Source of the DNA: an uncultured Candidatus Saccharibacteria bacterium
Lineage (GTDB): Bacteria > Patescibacteriota > Minisyncoccia > UBA6257 > Colwellbacteraceae
Direction: 5' to 3'
NCBI GenBank assembly: GCA_964643135.1
Contig: CAZXPC010000005.1
Span: 1-59,335 of the forward strand
DNA: 59,335 nucleotides
This document shows positions 35,616 to 43,405 of the stretch, one piece after another (the first letter of the stretch is position 1; the number at the start of each line of letters is the position of its first letter). Under the pieces are notes generated by a model. It made no database searches. It had not been told where the DNA came from and saw only the letters and a list, made by a program, of their open reading frames with translations. Made by a program: the position numbers and the translations under genes.

Positions 35616-35912
35616 ATGACATATATCAAGACGAATAAAAATAATTTCAGGCTGGCCTCGCCGCTTTTACTCTTGGGCTTGGGGATTTTGAGCGCAATTT
35701 CTCTGGAGGTTTATATTTATTCACAAACAGTGAATTTGAAGCATGATATAATAACGCTCAGCCGCAACATTGAAAGCGTGCGGCTCGAGAACGCTGATCT
35801 AAAAAATCAGTTTTACAGCCTGACCGACAAAACTAACTTAGAGAAGGTTGCCGCTAGGAACGGATTTGTCCAAGACAATAATCCAAAATGGGTTTTCGCA
35901 TCACAGTTTTAA
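35616..35912 (+). CDS. ftsL: cell division protein FtsL-like
   Basis: 98 aa, one TM plus coiled coil, dcw position. Confidence 0.7.
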   Translation: MTYIKTNKNNFRLASPLLLLGLGILSAISLEVYIYSQTVNLKHDIITLSRNIESVRLENADLKNQFYSLTDKTNLEKVAARNGFVQDNNPKWVFASQF

Positions 35913-37519
35913 TTATTTTTGTAATCTCCGCTTATTTTGGCCTGATAGGCAATCTTTATAACCTCCAAATTCACAAAGGGGCTTATTATACTTTGAAAGC
36001 CCAGTCGCTCTACTCGGCCGGCGCCGCGGAAATTCAGCGCGGGCAAATTTACCTAACCGACAAAGACAACGGCCTGATTCCGGCTTCGATCAACAAGCAA
36101 TATCCGACCATTTTTGCCGACAACCGCAAGATCAAAGACGCGGAATCAGCTGCCGCGGCGCTCGCTCCGATAATTGGAACATCTAAAGCCGAGCTCATTG
36201 GCTTGCTCGACAAAGCCGGCGTAGCCTACGTGCCTCTTAAAAAGCGGGCGACCGACGAAGAGGTGGCTCAGGTTAAGAACGCTGGCATTCCGGGCATCTA
36301 CACCGAGTACGAACTCTCGCGCTATTACCCTTTCGGCGAACTGGCTTCGCAGGTTCTTGGTTTCGTTTCCCAAGATGTTTCAAATATTAACAAGCCCCTT
36401 TATGGAACTGAGCTTTATTATGACGCCAAGCTCACCACGACCGGTGAGTCGGATCCTAATAATGATGTGGGGAGTTTAAGCGGCCAGGACCTGCCGCTCA
36501 CGATCGACCGGAATATTCAGTCAGAGGCGGAAAAGATATTGAAGGACTTGGTGGAGCAGTATCGCGGGACTGGAGGGTCGGTGATAGTCGAAGACCCAAA
36601 AACAGGGAAAATCTTGACTATGGCGAATTATCCGTCCTACGACCCGAATAATTACAGCGCCTCGCCGATTAAAGATTTTTTGAATCCGGCGGTGCAGTCT
36701 GTTTATGAGCCAGGGTCGGTTATGAAGCTTATTACCATGTCGGCCGGCATTGAGACCGGCGCCATTACGCCCGAGACGAGTTATTTCGACACCGGCTCGG
36801 CGACTTTTAACAAAAAAACAGTTCACAACGCGGATATGAAAGCCTACGGTCGGCTCACGATGACTAACGTGATTGAACACTCGGTTAACACCGGCGCGGT
36901 TTTTGCCGAGCGGGCGATGGGCAACGCGACATTGCTAAATTATTTGCAGAAATTCGGCTTTGATAACAAGACGGGGATTGATCTGCCGGGCGAGATTATC
37001 GGTGGGCTGAACAACTTGGAGAAGAAAAGCGCGCGCGACATCAATTTTGCCACCGCGAGTTTCGGCCAGGGTATTTCTGTTACCCCGATTACTCTCATCA
37101 ACGCCATTTCGACTATCGCGAATGGCGGCGTCATGATGAAGCCATATCTGAACGCCGACAAGAACCCGCAGGTGATCGGCCAAGTTATTTCGCCGGAGAC
37201 CAGCAAAAAGGTGGTGGGCATGATGGTTTCGGCGGTCAACACTAATATTATCGCTAAGATCGACGGCTATAATGTGGCCGGCAAAACCGGCACGGCGCAG
37301 GTGCCCGACTTTGTCCACGGCGGCTACACGGCCGATGTCGAGAACACATACGTCGGTTTTGCCCCGGCCTATGACCCGCGATTTATAATTTTAATGAAGC
37401 TCGACAAGCCCGCCGGCGCGCCACAAGCGGGCAATACTATTGTTCCAGCCTGGCGGAGCTTGGCTCAATATATTTTGAACTACTACAACGTCCCGCCGGA
37501 TAATTTGCCGAAGAAATAA
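35888..37519 (+). CDS. ftsI: class B penicillin-binding protein (FtsI-like transpeptidase)
   Basis: SVMK (SxxK), SVN (SxN), KTGT motifs. Confidence 0.92.
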   Translation: MGFRITVLIIFVISAYFGLIGNLYNLQIHKGAYYTLKAQSLYSAGAAEIQRGQIYLTDKDNGLIPASINKQYPTIFADNRKIKDAESAAAALAPIIGTSKAELIGLLDKAGVAYVPLKKRATDEEVAQVKNAGIPGIYTEYELSRYYPFGELASQVLGFVSQDVSNINKPLYGTELYYDAKLTTTGESDPNNDVGSLSGQDLPLTIDRNIQSEAEKILKDLVEQYRGTGGSVIVEDPKTGKILTMANYPSYDPNNYSASPIKDFLNPAVQSVYEPGSVMKLITMSAGIETGAITPETSYFDTGSATFNKKTVHNADMKAYGRLTMTNVIEHSVNTGAVFAERAMGNATLLNYLQKFGFDNKTGIDLPGEIIGGLNNLEKKSARDINFATASFGQGISVTPITLINAISTIANGGVMMKPYLNADKNPQVIGQVISPETSKKVVGMMVSAVNTNIIAKIDGYNVAGKTGTAQVPDFVHGGYTADVENTYVGFAPAYDPRFIILMKLDKPAGAPQAGNTIVPAWRSLAQYILNYYNVPPDNLPKK

Positions 37520-37545
37520 TTTTCGATTAAGATAGGGTTCTGCTT

Positions 37546-37617
37546 GGTCCCATCGTCTAGCGGCTAGGACATTGCCTTCTCAAGGCAGTAACCGGGGTTC
37601 GATTCCCCGTGGGACTA
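37546..37617 (+). tRNA. tRNA-Glu (anticodon CUC)
   Basis: hand-folded cloverleaf: acceptor GGTCCCA/TGGGACT, anticodon loop TTCTCAA, T-arm CGGGG-TTCGATT-CCCCG, discriminator A, no encoded CCA. Confidence 0.9.
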
Positions 37618-37629
37618 CTAACAAAAAAT

Positions 37630-37653
37630 CGGCACCTTGCGTGCCGGTTTTGT
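37630..37653 (+). terminator. intrinsic terminator after tRNA-Glu
   Basis: CGGCAC-CTTGC-GTGCCG followed by GTTTTGT. Confidence 0.7.
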
Positions 37654-37660
37654 GTTAGCT

Positions 37661-37775
37661 CTCACGGCGGGAATCGAACGGGAAAGGGGTCGGGAAACCG
37701 CGATCGGTTTCCCGTGAAGGAGAGGTGTAGAGAACCGTGGGTTCTCTAGGCGCAGGCTGAAAGCCGAGCAGTGAG
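37661..37775 (+). ncRNA. candidate structured RNA / tRNA-derived remnant
   Basis: perfect hairpins GGGAAACCG-CGAT-CGGTTTCCC (37692-37713) and TAGAGAAC-CGTGG-GTTCTCTA (37728-37748), bracketed by TCTCAC/GTGAGA; GGGAATCGAAC (37669-37679) is a reverse-complement T-loop-like motif. Confidence 0.35.
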
Positions 37776-37784
37776 ATAGCGAAG

Positions 37785-37803
37785 CTTCCCTCTGGGACTA
37801 CTA
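37785..37803 (+). repeat. duplicated 3' end of tRNA-Glu (att-like)
   Basis: TTCCCTCTGGGACTACTA versus tRNA 3' end TTCCCCGTGGGACTACTA (37603-37620); 11-nt exact TGGGACTACTA. Confidence 0.6.
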
Positions 37804-37804
37804 T

Positions 37805-37833
37805 TTGACAGCTAATAAGATATAGGTCATTCT
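37805..37833 (+). promoter_or_regulatory. promoter TTGACA-17-CATTCT
   Basis: TTGACA 37805-37810 abuts the tRNA-fragment repeat. Confidence 0.45.
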
Positions 37834-37869
37834 AAGGGTCTAGGAGAAATCCTGAGAGAGTGGTTCAGA

Positions 37870-38136
37870 ATGCCAAAAGCACAAGTTCCCGAATTGGGTG
37901 CAACAGTTGCGATCCGTGACAGTAGCGAAAGAGACATCATCGCCAAGGCAGTCGTACGGCGCAGCGGCAACACGGAGATCGAGATCGAAGATCTCCAGAC
38001 CCACCAGAAAACCGAGTTCGCACTCTTCGAAGGTGGATGGAAGATGCTCTTCCGCGGCATGGGCGGTGAACGCTGCTTCAGCCAACGGGCGCCTTTCTAC
38101 ACGATCGATACGCTCGCAGTCACCACACAGACCTAA
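37870..38136 (+). CDS. hypothetical 88-aa protein (GC-rich block H)
   Basis: ORF with upstream promoter; an antisense ORF of similar size exists, so moderate confidence. Confidence 0.45.
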   Translation: MPKAQVPELGATVAIRDSSERDIIAKAVVRRSGNTEIEIEDLQTHQKTEFALFEGGWKMLFRGMGGERCFSQRAPFYTIDTLAVTTQT

Positions 38137-38302
38137 GCATGTCTGAAGGATAATCGAAAGATCTTTCCCAAAAACAACTGCTTCTTTTTTTATCTCAAAA
38201 TCTTCACTATTCCGATTTTCCACTTCCTCAACTTAGGTTTTTTAAAAAAAAGCCGCCCGGGTCGTGAGTCCGTGCGGGGTTCTGGCGAACTTGAGGGCCT
38301 TT

Positions 38303-38773
38303 TTACCGATGCGGCACCGTTCTATTCGGAGGAGCCGTTTCCGAGAGGATCGCGATCGGGATCTCTGCCGGCGTTGTACTGGCTTCTTGCTTCTCTCTCA
38401 GGATCTCGGCTACTCGATACATGTCGAGTGCGAATTTCCCGCGGAGTTCGATCTCGGCTGGATCGCCTGGGTAGGCGAGACGCAGAGCTCGAATGATGTC
38501 AGGTTCGACATCCCTCCAGTCGAAGGCATCGCCCTTCATCACGAACACGGCGTATCGGTTGATCCAGATGTCGATGCCGGACACTGCGAGCAGGGCTCCG
38601 ACGACCAACGAGCCGGCTTGCGTGAAAGGCAATGACTTGTCGATGGCGGTCCAATTGCGTATCGACGCATCAGGGACGATCTCGGCAGTCAGAGAGTAGA
38701 CGCGAGTGTCTTCGTCGCCATGCACTGCTTCAATGGCGTCGATCCTTTTGGGGACTTTGGAGATAGGGCTCAA
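38303..38773 (-). CDS. hypothetical ~156-aa protein (GC-rich block H)
   Basis: the TTGACA-17-CATCAT promoter lies inside the track ORF extension; start taken at the TTG after GAGGT; minus-strand terminator with T8 downstream. Confidence 0.5.
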   Translation of the reverse strand: MSPISKVPKRIDAIEAVHGDEDTRVYSLTAEIVPDASIRNWTAIDKSLPFTQAGSLVVGALLAVSGIDIWINRYAVFVMKGDAFDWRDVEPDIIRALRLAYPGDPAEIELRGKFALDMYRVAEILREKQEASTTPAEIPIAILSETAPPNRTVPHR

Positions 38774-38791
38774 GGCTTTACCTCGTGTAAG

Positions 38792-38820
38792 ATGATGCAA
38801 GAAACATATATATTTGTCAA
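38792..38820 (-). promoter_or_regulatory. promoter TTGACA-17-CATCAT (minus strand)
   Basis: plus-strand TGTCAA 38815-38820, ATGATG 38792-38797. Confidence 0.5.
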
Positions 38821-38965
38821 TTTGGTGATGCCCAGACACACCGTATGGTTCGACCAGCGGCCTATTTTTTATATCAAAATTTCAGATATCTCAATCCCTT
38901 AACTCCGCATTGACCCAATCTATTACCGTGCTAGCCTTAGATTAGCAGAAGGAGAAAAGAAGAAA

Positions 38966-39220
38966 ATGGTGTACGTTATCGGGAGCGCTTGTGTCGGAGT
39001 GAAGAGTCACGATTGCGTGGACGTATGTCCGGTTGACTGCATCCACCCCAAGAAGGGAGACCCAAAGTTCTCGGAGGCTCCGCAACTCTACATCAACCCT
39101 GTTGAATGCATCAGTTGTGGACACTGCGAGGCGGTTTGCCCCGTCGAAGCCATTACCCACGAGAAGAAGGCCTCGCCTGAAGATATCAAGAACAACGAGG
39201 ACTACTTCAAGGAGCGCTGA
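38966..39220 (+). CDS. 7Fe-type ferredoxin ([3Fe-4S] plus [4Fe-4S])
   Basis: 84 aa; Cx7Cx3CP (CVGVKSHDCVDVCP) and CxxCxxCx3CP (CISCGHCEAVCP). Confidence 0.85.
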   Translation: MVYVIGSACVGVKSHDCVDVCPVDCIHPKKGDPKFSEAPQLYINPVECISCGHCEAVCPVEAITHEKKASPEDIKNNEDYFKER

Positions 39221-39229
39221 GGTCTTGCG

Positions 39230-39514
39230 ATGGCTCATATCAAACTCGATCCTGACGTGAAGGGGATGGATGCTTCTCCGGAAGCCAAGCAGACGATCAT
39301 GAGGTTGCGAAGAGGCATCAGGAAGCATCGCGACAAGGATGAGAACGCCCGTTGCTGGCATGCCGACTTGGAGCTCTACGCTCTGTTGCCGGAGGAAAAG
39401 CCGGCCGGCAGAATGGATCAACCGAAAGAGACTCTTCTCGGTAACTGTGAGCGGTACATTGATCGGCAAAAGTGCGGTGGATGCCCGATCGCCGATCGGC
39501 TCGGCCTCACATGA
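39230..39514 (+). CDS. hypothetical 94-aa protein co-transcribed with the ferredoxin
   Basis: starts 10 nt after the ferredoxin stop, GAGG upstream; strong terminator follows. Confidence 0.55.
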   Translation: MAHIKLDPDVKGMDASPEAKQTIMRLRRGIRKHRDKDENARCWHADLELYALLPEEKPAGRMDQPKETLLGNCERYIDRQKCGGCPIADRLGLT

Positions 39515-39531
39515 TTGAAGACCGAACGCCT

Positions 39532-39557
39532 GGTCGCAGAAATGCGGCCTCTTTTTT
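39532..39557 (+). terminator. intrinsic terminator
   Basis: GGTCGCA-GAAA-TGCGGCC followed by TCTTTTTT. Confidence 0.8.
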
Positions 39558-39632
39558 ATCTCAAAATTCCACACTTGAAACTATTTCTCGGTTGGAGCGT
39601 CTTATTTTTGTCAGATAAAATTTAAATAAAAT

Positions 39633-39905
39633 ATGCCGCTTATTGCACTGCTCGTTGCGTTGGCATTCCCCAGGCTCATCATCTTCTTGCTCTGGCTTTT
39701 GACCGGTTGGTTTGCTTCCATTGATTTGATCGTGGGAGTATTGGGATTTTTCTTTATGCCTTATACGCTGCTTTGGGTCAGCGTCGTTTTAAATTGGTAT
39801 GGCGGAGTTTGGGGCATGCTCCAAATGATATTTTTAGTCGTTGCGGTCGCGGTTGATTTCTCTCATCTTTTTGCCGGCTGGCGGTTTACAACTGTTGAGG
39901 AATAA
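39633..39905 (+). CDS. 90-aa membrane protein (backbone-like GC)
   Basis: three hydrophobic segments. Confidence 0.6.
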   Translation: MPLIALLVALAFPRLIIFLLWLLTGWFASIDLIVGVLGFFFMPYTLLWVSVVLNWYGGVWGMLQMIFLVVAVAVDFSHLFAGWRFTTVEE

Positions 39906-39911
39906 CTCCGA

Positions 39912-39942
39912 TTGACAATGGTGTGATTTTGAGGGATGATAT
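39912..39942 (+). promoter_or_regulatory. promoter TTGACA with weak -10 (GATGAT/TGATAT)
   Basis: TTGACA 39912-39917 directly after the stop of 39633..39905. Confidence 0.4.
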
Positions 39943-39972
39943 GAGGCTTTCGAGCAAAATGGGGAACTCGAT

Positions 39973-40350
39973 ATGAGAGAACAGACGTTTACCAAGGCTC
40001 GGTTGGAGCAAGTCGCTCAGAAGTTGGAGAGCGGCACTCTCCACATGAGCAAAGAAGACGCCATGGAGTACGCGAGGCTGGTCCAGGAGACTTTTGCCGG
40101 ACAGGCCGAAGTCCCGGACGACTCTCTCGATGCCGATAAGCGGAGCGTTTTCTACGCGCTGGAGGGTCAGGGGATCTTGACCTATCGCAGGGAAGAGCGC
40201 AACATCGAGTCGGGCGAGAAGCGTCGGTTCTTTTACTGGCGCGTCAACTGGGCGGGCATCGGCGAAGCTCATCAGAGCCAGAGTCGCCCGGATCCGGACT
40301 CAGATGTCTACGCCGACCTGCCACAGAGCGCCTGGCGTCACGGCGTCTAG
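39973..40350 (+). CDS. hypothetical 125-aa protein (GC-rich block I)
   Basis: GGGGA upstream of the ATG; terminator CTAGC..GCTAG followed by TCTTTTTT downstream. Confidence 0.55.
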   Translation: MREQTFTKARLEQVAQKLESGTLHMSKEDAMEYARLVQETFAGQAEVPDDSLDADKRSVFYALEGQGILTYRREERNIESGEKRRFFYWRVNWAGIGEAHQSQSRPDPDSDVYADLPQSAWRHGV

Positions 40351-40456
40351 GCCGAAAGCGCCAGCGGCTAGCGGTTGATCTGCTAGTCTTTTTTATTGAG
40401 GGGAATCAATTAATCCACAGCCCGATTTTTTTAGATATATGTTATAATCATTCGAA

Positions 40457-40624
40457 ATGAAAGTAATACATGAAATTGGCAAGGCATTTGTGGCCCAACC
40501 GCCCGAATATTATCGGGTGAAGATCGGCAAACACGTGGCATCCGGCGCCTCCGCTTTTGTCGCCGGGATGGCCGTGGCCAGCATACTTTGGTTCGCCGCT
40601 TACTACATCAGATACTGGCTCTAG
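40457..40624 (+). CDS. 55-aa membrane-anchored mini-protein
   Basis: MKVIHEIGKAF..ASAFVAGMAVASILWFAAYYIRYWL; abuts the next ORF; replaces antisense track ORF 40448..40639. Confidence 0.4.
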   Translation: MKVIHEIGKAFVAQPPEYYRVKIGKHVASGASAFVAGMAVASILWFAAYYIRYWL

Positions 40625-40625
40625 G

Positions 40626-40949
40626 ATGACGAGAGACAAGCTAATTATTATTCCGTTTACGCTAACTGTTGCGATCTTGATCGTCAGTATTTTTTTGAGC
40701 CTTAACTTTGCTAATTATACCGGGAAGCTGATTGTTAATTACGATGCGGCTGATAACCCGGTTTTGGGCGGATATTCGACAATTTTGTCGGTGTTGGCGA
40801 TTTTTGCCGTGATCGCATGTATAAATTACTTACTCACCTTGGTTCTTTACAACCGTGAAAAATTCCTAGCTCATATCTTATCTTGCGCCACTCCGGTCAT
40901 TGGTATTCTGCTCTTTTTTGTCCTGGGCGCAATAAAGTCTCTTAATTAA
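40626..40949 (+). CDS. 107-aa multi-TM membrane protein
   Basis: start at the internal ATG (MTRDKLIIIPF..). Confidence 0.55.
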   Translation: MTRDKLIIIPFTLTVAILIVSIFLSLNFANYTGKLIVNYDAADNPVLGGYSTILSVLAIFAVIACINYLLTLVLYNREKFLAHILSCATPVIGILLFFVLGAIKSLN

Positions 40950-41006
40950 TTTTGGCGCTCTTCTAGGCGCTTGACTTCGCCAGGCCATTACGCTTTAATA
41001 TATCCC

Positions 41007-41324
41007 ATGTTTGCGATCATCGAGACCGGTTCGAAGCAATACAAAGTTTCGGCCGGCGACAAAATCAAAGTTGAGAAATTGGAATTGAAAGGGGAAACCG
41101 CTTCTTTCGACAAAGTCCTTTTAGTTGGTTCCAATGAGCACGATGTTAAAATCGGCGCGCCATTTGTAAGCGGCGCCAAGGTTGAAGCTAAGGTTGTGAA
41201 GCAAGGCAAGCACGACAAGATTATCGTCTTCAAATTTCATCACAAGAGCCGATACCGAAAGAAGAGCGGCCACCGCCAGCCTTTCACCGAACTGGAAATC
41301 ACCAGTATCGTACTGCCGAAATAA
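41007..41324 (+). CDS. rplU: 50S ribosomal protein L21
   Basis: MFAIIETGSKQYKV..; start at the internal ATG. Confidence 0.95.
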   Translation: MFAIIETGSKQYKVSAGDKIKVEKLELKGETASFDKVLLVGSNEHDVKIGAPFVSGAKVEAKVVKQGKHDKIIVFKFHHKSRYRKKSGHRQPFTELEITSIVLPK

Positions 41325-41579
41325 CTTATTATGGCAGCTAGAACTTTTCGACTAGCTCCAAGGCGCGATGAGCGATTCGTACCTGAAAGGTACGTGAGCG
41401 AAGAGCAACACAGGAGATAGTAAAAAGTTCAGCTGTCCCGGAGGGAAAAGACTATTTTTGGCAATCTTCATCGTCACTCCTCCTCATTGTAGTGCTTCGA
41501 CTACACCTTCGTCGTCCTTCCTCGAATCTTGCTCAAAAATCCTCTTTCCATAGCAAGCTATTTCGGTAGTACGATACTA
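41303..41579. repeat. 24-bp inverted repeat bracketing a ~230-nt noncoding region after rplU
   Basis: CAGTATCGTACTGCCGAAATAACT (41303-41326) versus the reverse complement of 41556-41579 (21/24 match). Confidence 0.55.
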
Positions 41580-41619
41580 TCACCGCATAAAAGCAGTGAT
41601 TTTTAGTTTAGCTGTGCTC

Positions 41620-41647
41620 TTGACAAACATATCTGTTATGGTATGCT
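41620..41647 (+). promoter_or_regulatory. promoter TTGACA-16-TATGCT
   Basis: TTGACA 41620-41625, TATGCT 41642-41647. Confidence 0.55.
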
Positions 41648-41656
41648 CATTTACAG

Positions 41657-41785
41657 ATGGCAGATGTACGTTCCATTCAGGTCCGCTTGCCGGGCTCCCC
41701 GCCGGAGAAAGACGAGTTCGTTCCGTACGGCGTCGCGCGTTCCGAGACGATCGTTCCGAAGCCGACCTTCGACGGTGACGAATGA
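41657..41785 (+). CDS. 42-aa mini-ORF (GC-rich block J)
   Basis: MADVRSIQVRLPGSPPEKDEFVPYGVARSETIVPKPTFDGDE; the + strand is supported by promoter and terminator. Confidence 0.35.
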   Translation: MADVRSIQVRLPGSPPEKDEFVPYGVARSETIVPKPTFDGDE

Positions 41786-41904
41786 TGGCATTCCTCCCGG
41801 GCGACATGCCGCACCCGGGCGACCCTCCTGACCATGTTCCGAACGGGCCGCCGCAGGACCCCGGTCAAGGGACCGATGAAGAAGACGACGATGACGACGA
41901 ATAA
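41782..41904 (+). CDS. 40-aa mini-ORF with poly-acidic tail, ATGA-overlapped with the previous ORF
   Basis: MMAFLPGDMPHPGDPPDHVPNGPPQDPGQGTDEEDDDDDE. Confidence 0.35.
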   Translation: MMAFLPGDMPHPGDPPDHVPNGPPQDPGQGTDEEDDDDDE

Positions 41905-41961
41905 GGCAGAGTGTCCCAGTAGCTCCCGCGAGCTCATCGGACCCTCTGCCCCATTTTTTTT
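41905..41961 (+). terminator. strong intrinsic terminator
   Basis: GGCAGAGTGTCC..GGACCCTCTGCC followed by CCATTTTTTTT. Confidence 0.8.
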
Positions 41962-41989
41962 ATGCTAAAAAGACTCTATACTAATATGG

Positions 41990-43399
41990 ATGTTTTTATA
42001 TAACACCTTATCCGGCGAGAAGGAGGAATTGGTTAAGACGAAAAGGCGGCTCAATATTTTTGTCTGCGGCCCGACGGTTTATGACTATCAGCATATCGGC
42101 AACGGCAAGACTCAATTAGCTTTTGACCTTTTTGTCCGGTACCTGCGCTCGGAAGGATATGAGGTTTTTTATTTGCAGAACGTAACCGACATTGATGACA
42201 AGATCATCAAGCGGGCGAATGATAAAAATATACCTTGGGCCAAGCTGGCCGATCGGTTCTTCAAAATTTATCGGGAAGATATTAAATCGCTGGGAATTAC
42301 GAGCATTGATAAATACGCCCGAGCCACCAAATTTATCAAACAAATCGTCGCCCAGGTTAAGACTTTGCAGGAAAAGGGTTACGCTTACAAAATTGAAGGA
42401 GATGGATATTATTTTAATATTGCGAAATTCGGTGAATATGGCAAGCTGTCTCACCGCACGACCGAGCAGGCGGAAGACGGAGTTTCGAGGATCGATGATA
42501 GCTCGCAGAAAATAAACAAGGGAGATTTTTGTTTGTGGAAGTTTCATAATGAATCAGCGGGCGGCCAGGCTGAGCCATATTGGGATACGAGTTTGGGCCA
42601 AGGCCGGCCAGGCTGGCACATCGAAGACACGGCTATTACCGAAAAGTTTTTTGGGCCGCAGTATGATATCCACGGCGGCGGGCTCGACCTCAAGTTTCCG
42701 CACCATGAAGCCGAGCTGGCGCAGCAGGAGGCGGCGTCCGGTAAAAAACCTTTTGTGAGGTTCTGGATGCATTCCGGTTTGGTCTACATAAACGGCGAAA
42801 AGATGTCGAAGAGCCTGGGGAATTTTTTGACGATCCGGGACTTTCTTAAAAAGTGCGAGGCCCAGGTTTTTCGTTACATGGTTTTGATGCATCACTACCG
42901 TTCGCCGATGAACTACACCGCTGATTTGCAGCATCAAGCCGAACAATCGCTCCAGGGCCTTAGAGAATTTGTCGCCAAGTTAATTTTTACCGCCGAAAAG
43001 AATTCACGCAAGAAAATAGAGAGCAATGAGAGCCTCAAAAAATTTGTGGGCGAGGCCGACAGCAAATGGCGGAAAGCGCTGGCAGATGATTTCAACACGC
43101 CGAGCTCATTGGCGGCGATCTTTGACCTCGTAGCTTTTGTTCAGCCTAAGATGTGGACGCTCAACGCCCAAGATGCGCGGATGATTGCTAATTTTATTAT
43201 CGATAAGATGGGCGTGTGGGGCATAGCCATGAAACCCGGCAAGATTGATAACAAGGTTCAGGGGCTAATAAGCGAGCGGGAACAATCCAGAGTTAATCAA
43301 CAGTTTACTAAGAGCGACGCATTGAGAAAAGAAATAGAAGGTCTAGGATATAAAGTAGAGGATACGCCTTTGGGGCAGTTTGTTCTGAAGAGTTCCTAA
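41990..43399 (+). CDS. cysS: cysteine--tRNA ligase
   Basis: HIGNG (HIGH), KMSKS, Zn-binding Cys pattern. Confidence 0.95.
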   Translation: MFLYNTLSGEKEELVKTKRRLNIFVCGPTVYDYQHIGNGKTQLAFDLFVRYLRSEGYEVFYLQNVTDIDDKIIKRANDKNIPWAKLADRFFKIYREDIKSLGITSIDKYARATKFIKQIVAQVKTLQEKGYAYKIEGDGYYFNIAKFGEYGKLSHRTTEQAEDGVSRIDDSSQKINKGDFCLWKFHNESAGGQAEPYWDTSLGQGRPGWHIEDTAITEKFFGPQYDIHGGGLDLKFPHHEAELAQQEAASGKKPFVRFWMHSGLVYINGEKMSKSLGNFLTIRDFLKKCEAQVFRYMVLMHHYRSPMNYTADLQHQAEQSLQGLREFVAKLIFTAEKNSRKKIESNESLKKFVGEADSKWRKALADDFNTPSSLAAIFDLVAFVQPKMWTLNAQDARMIANFIIDKMGVWGIAMKPGKIDNKVQGLISEREQSRVNQQFTKSDALRKEIEGLGYKVEDTPLGQFVLKSS

Positions 43400-43405
43400 C
43401 TTCGT

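Noticed and set aside
37750-37776. SRP RNA helix-8-like motif (CAGGCTGAAAGCCGAGCAG)
   Set aside because: The local stem is only 3 bp with a pentaloop, the internal-loop geometry does not match the conserved SRP symmetric loop, and the surrounding fold is multi-branched rather than one long hairpin.
38186-39567. Treating the 16-nt boundary repeat TTTTTTATCTCAAAAT as a proven target-site duplication
   Set aside because: About one exact 16-mer match is expected by chance in a window of this size. It is reported only as supporting context for block H.
40448-40639. 63-aa minus-strand ORF
   Set aside because: The same interval encodes a + strand 55-aa membrane-type mini-protein that abuts the next + gene. 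The minus-strand frame has no signals.
41677-41937. 86-aa minus-strand ORF in block J
   Set aside because: It runs against a clear + strand promoter/terminator pair, and its start lies inside the + strand terminator hairpin.
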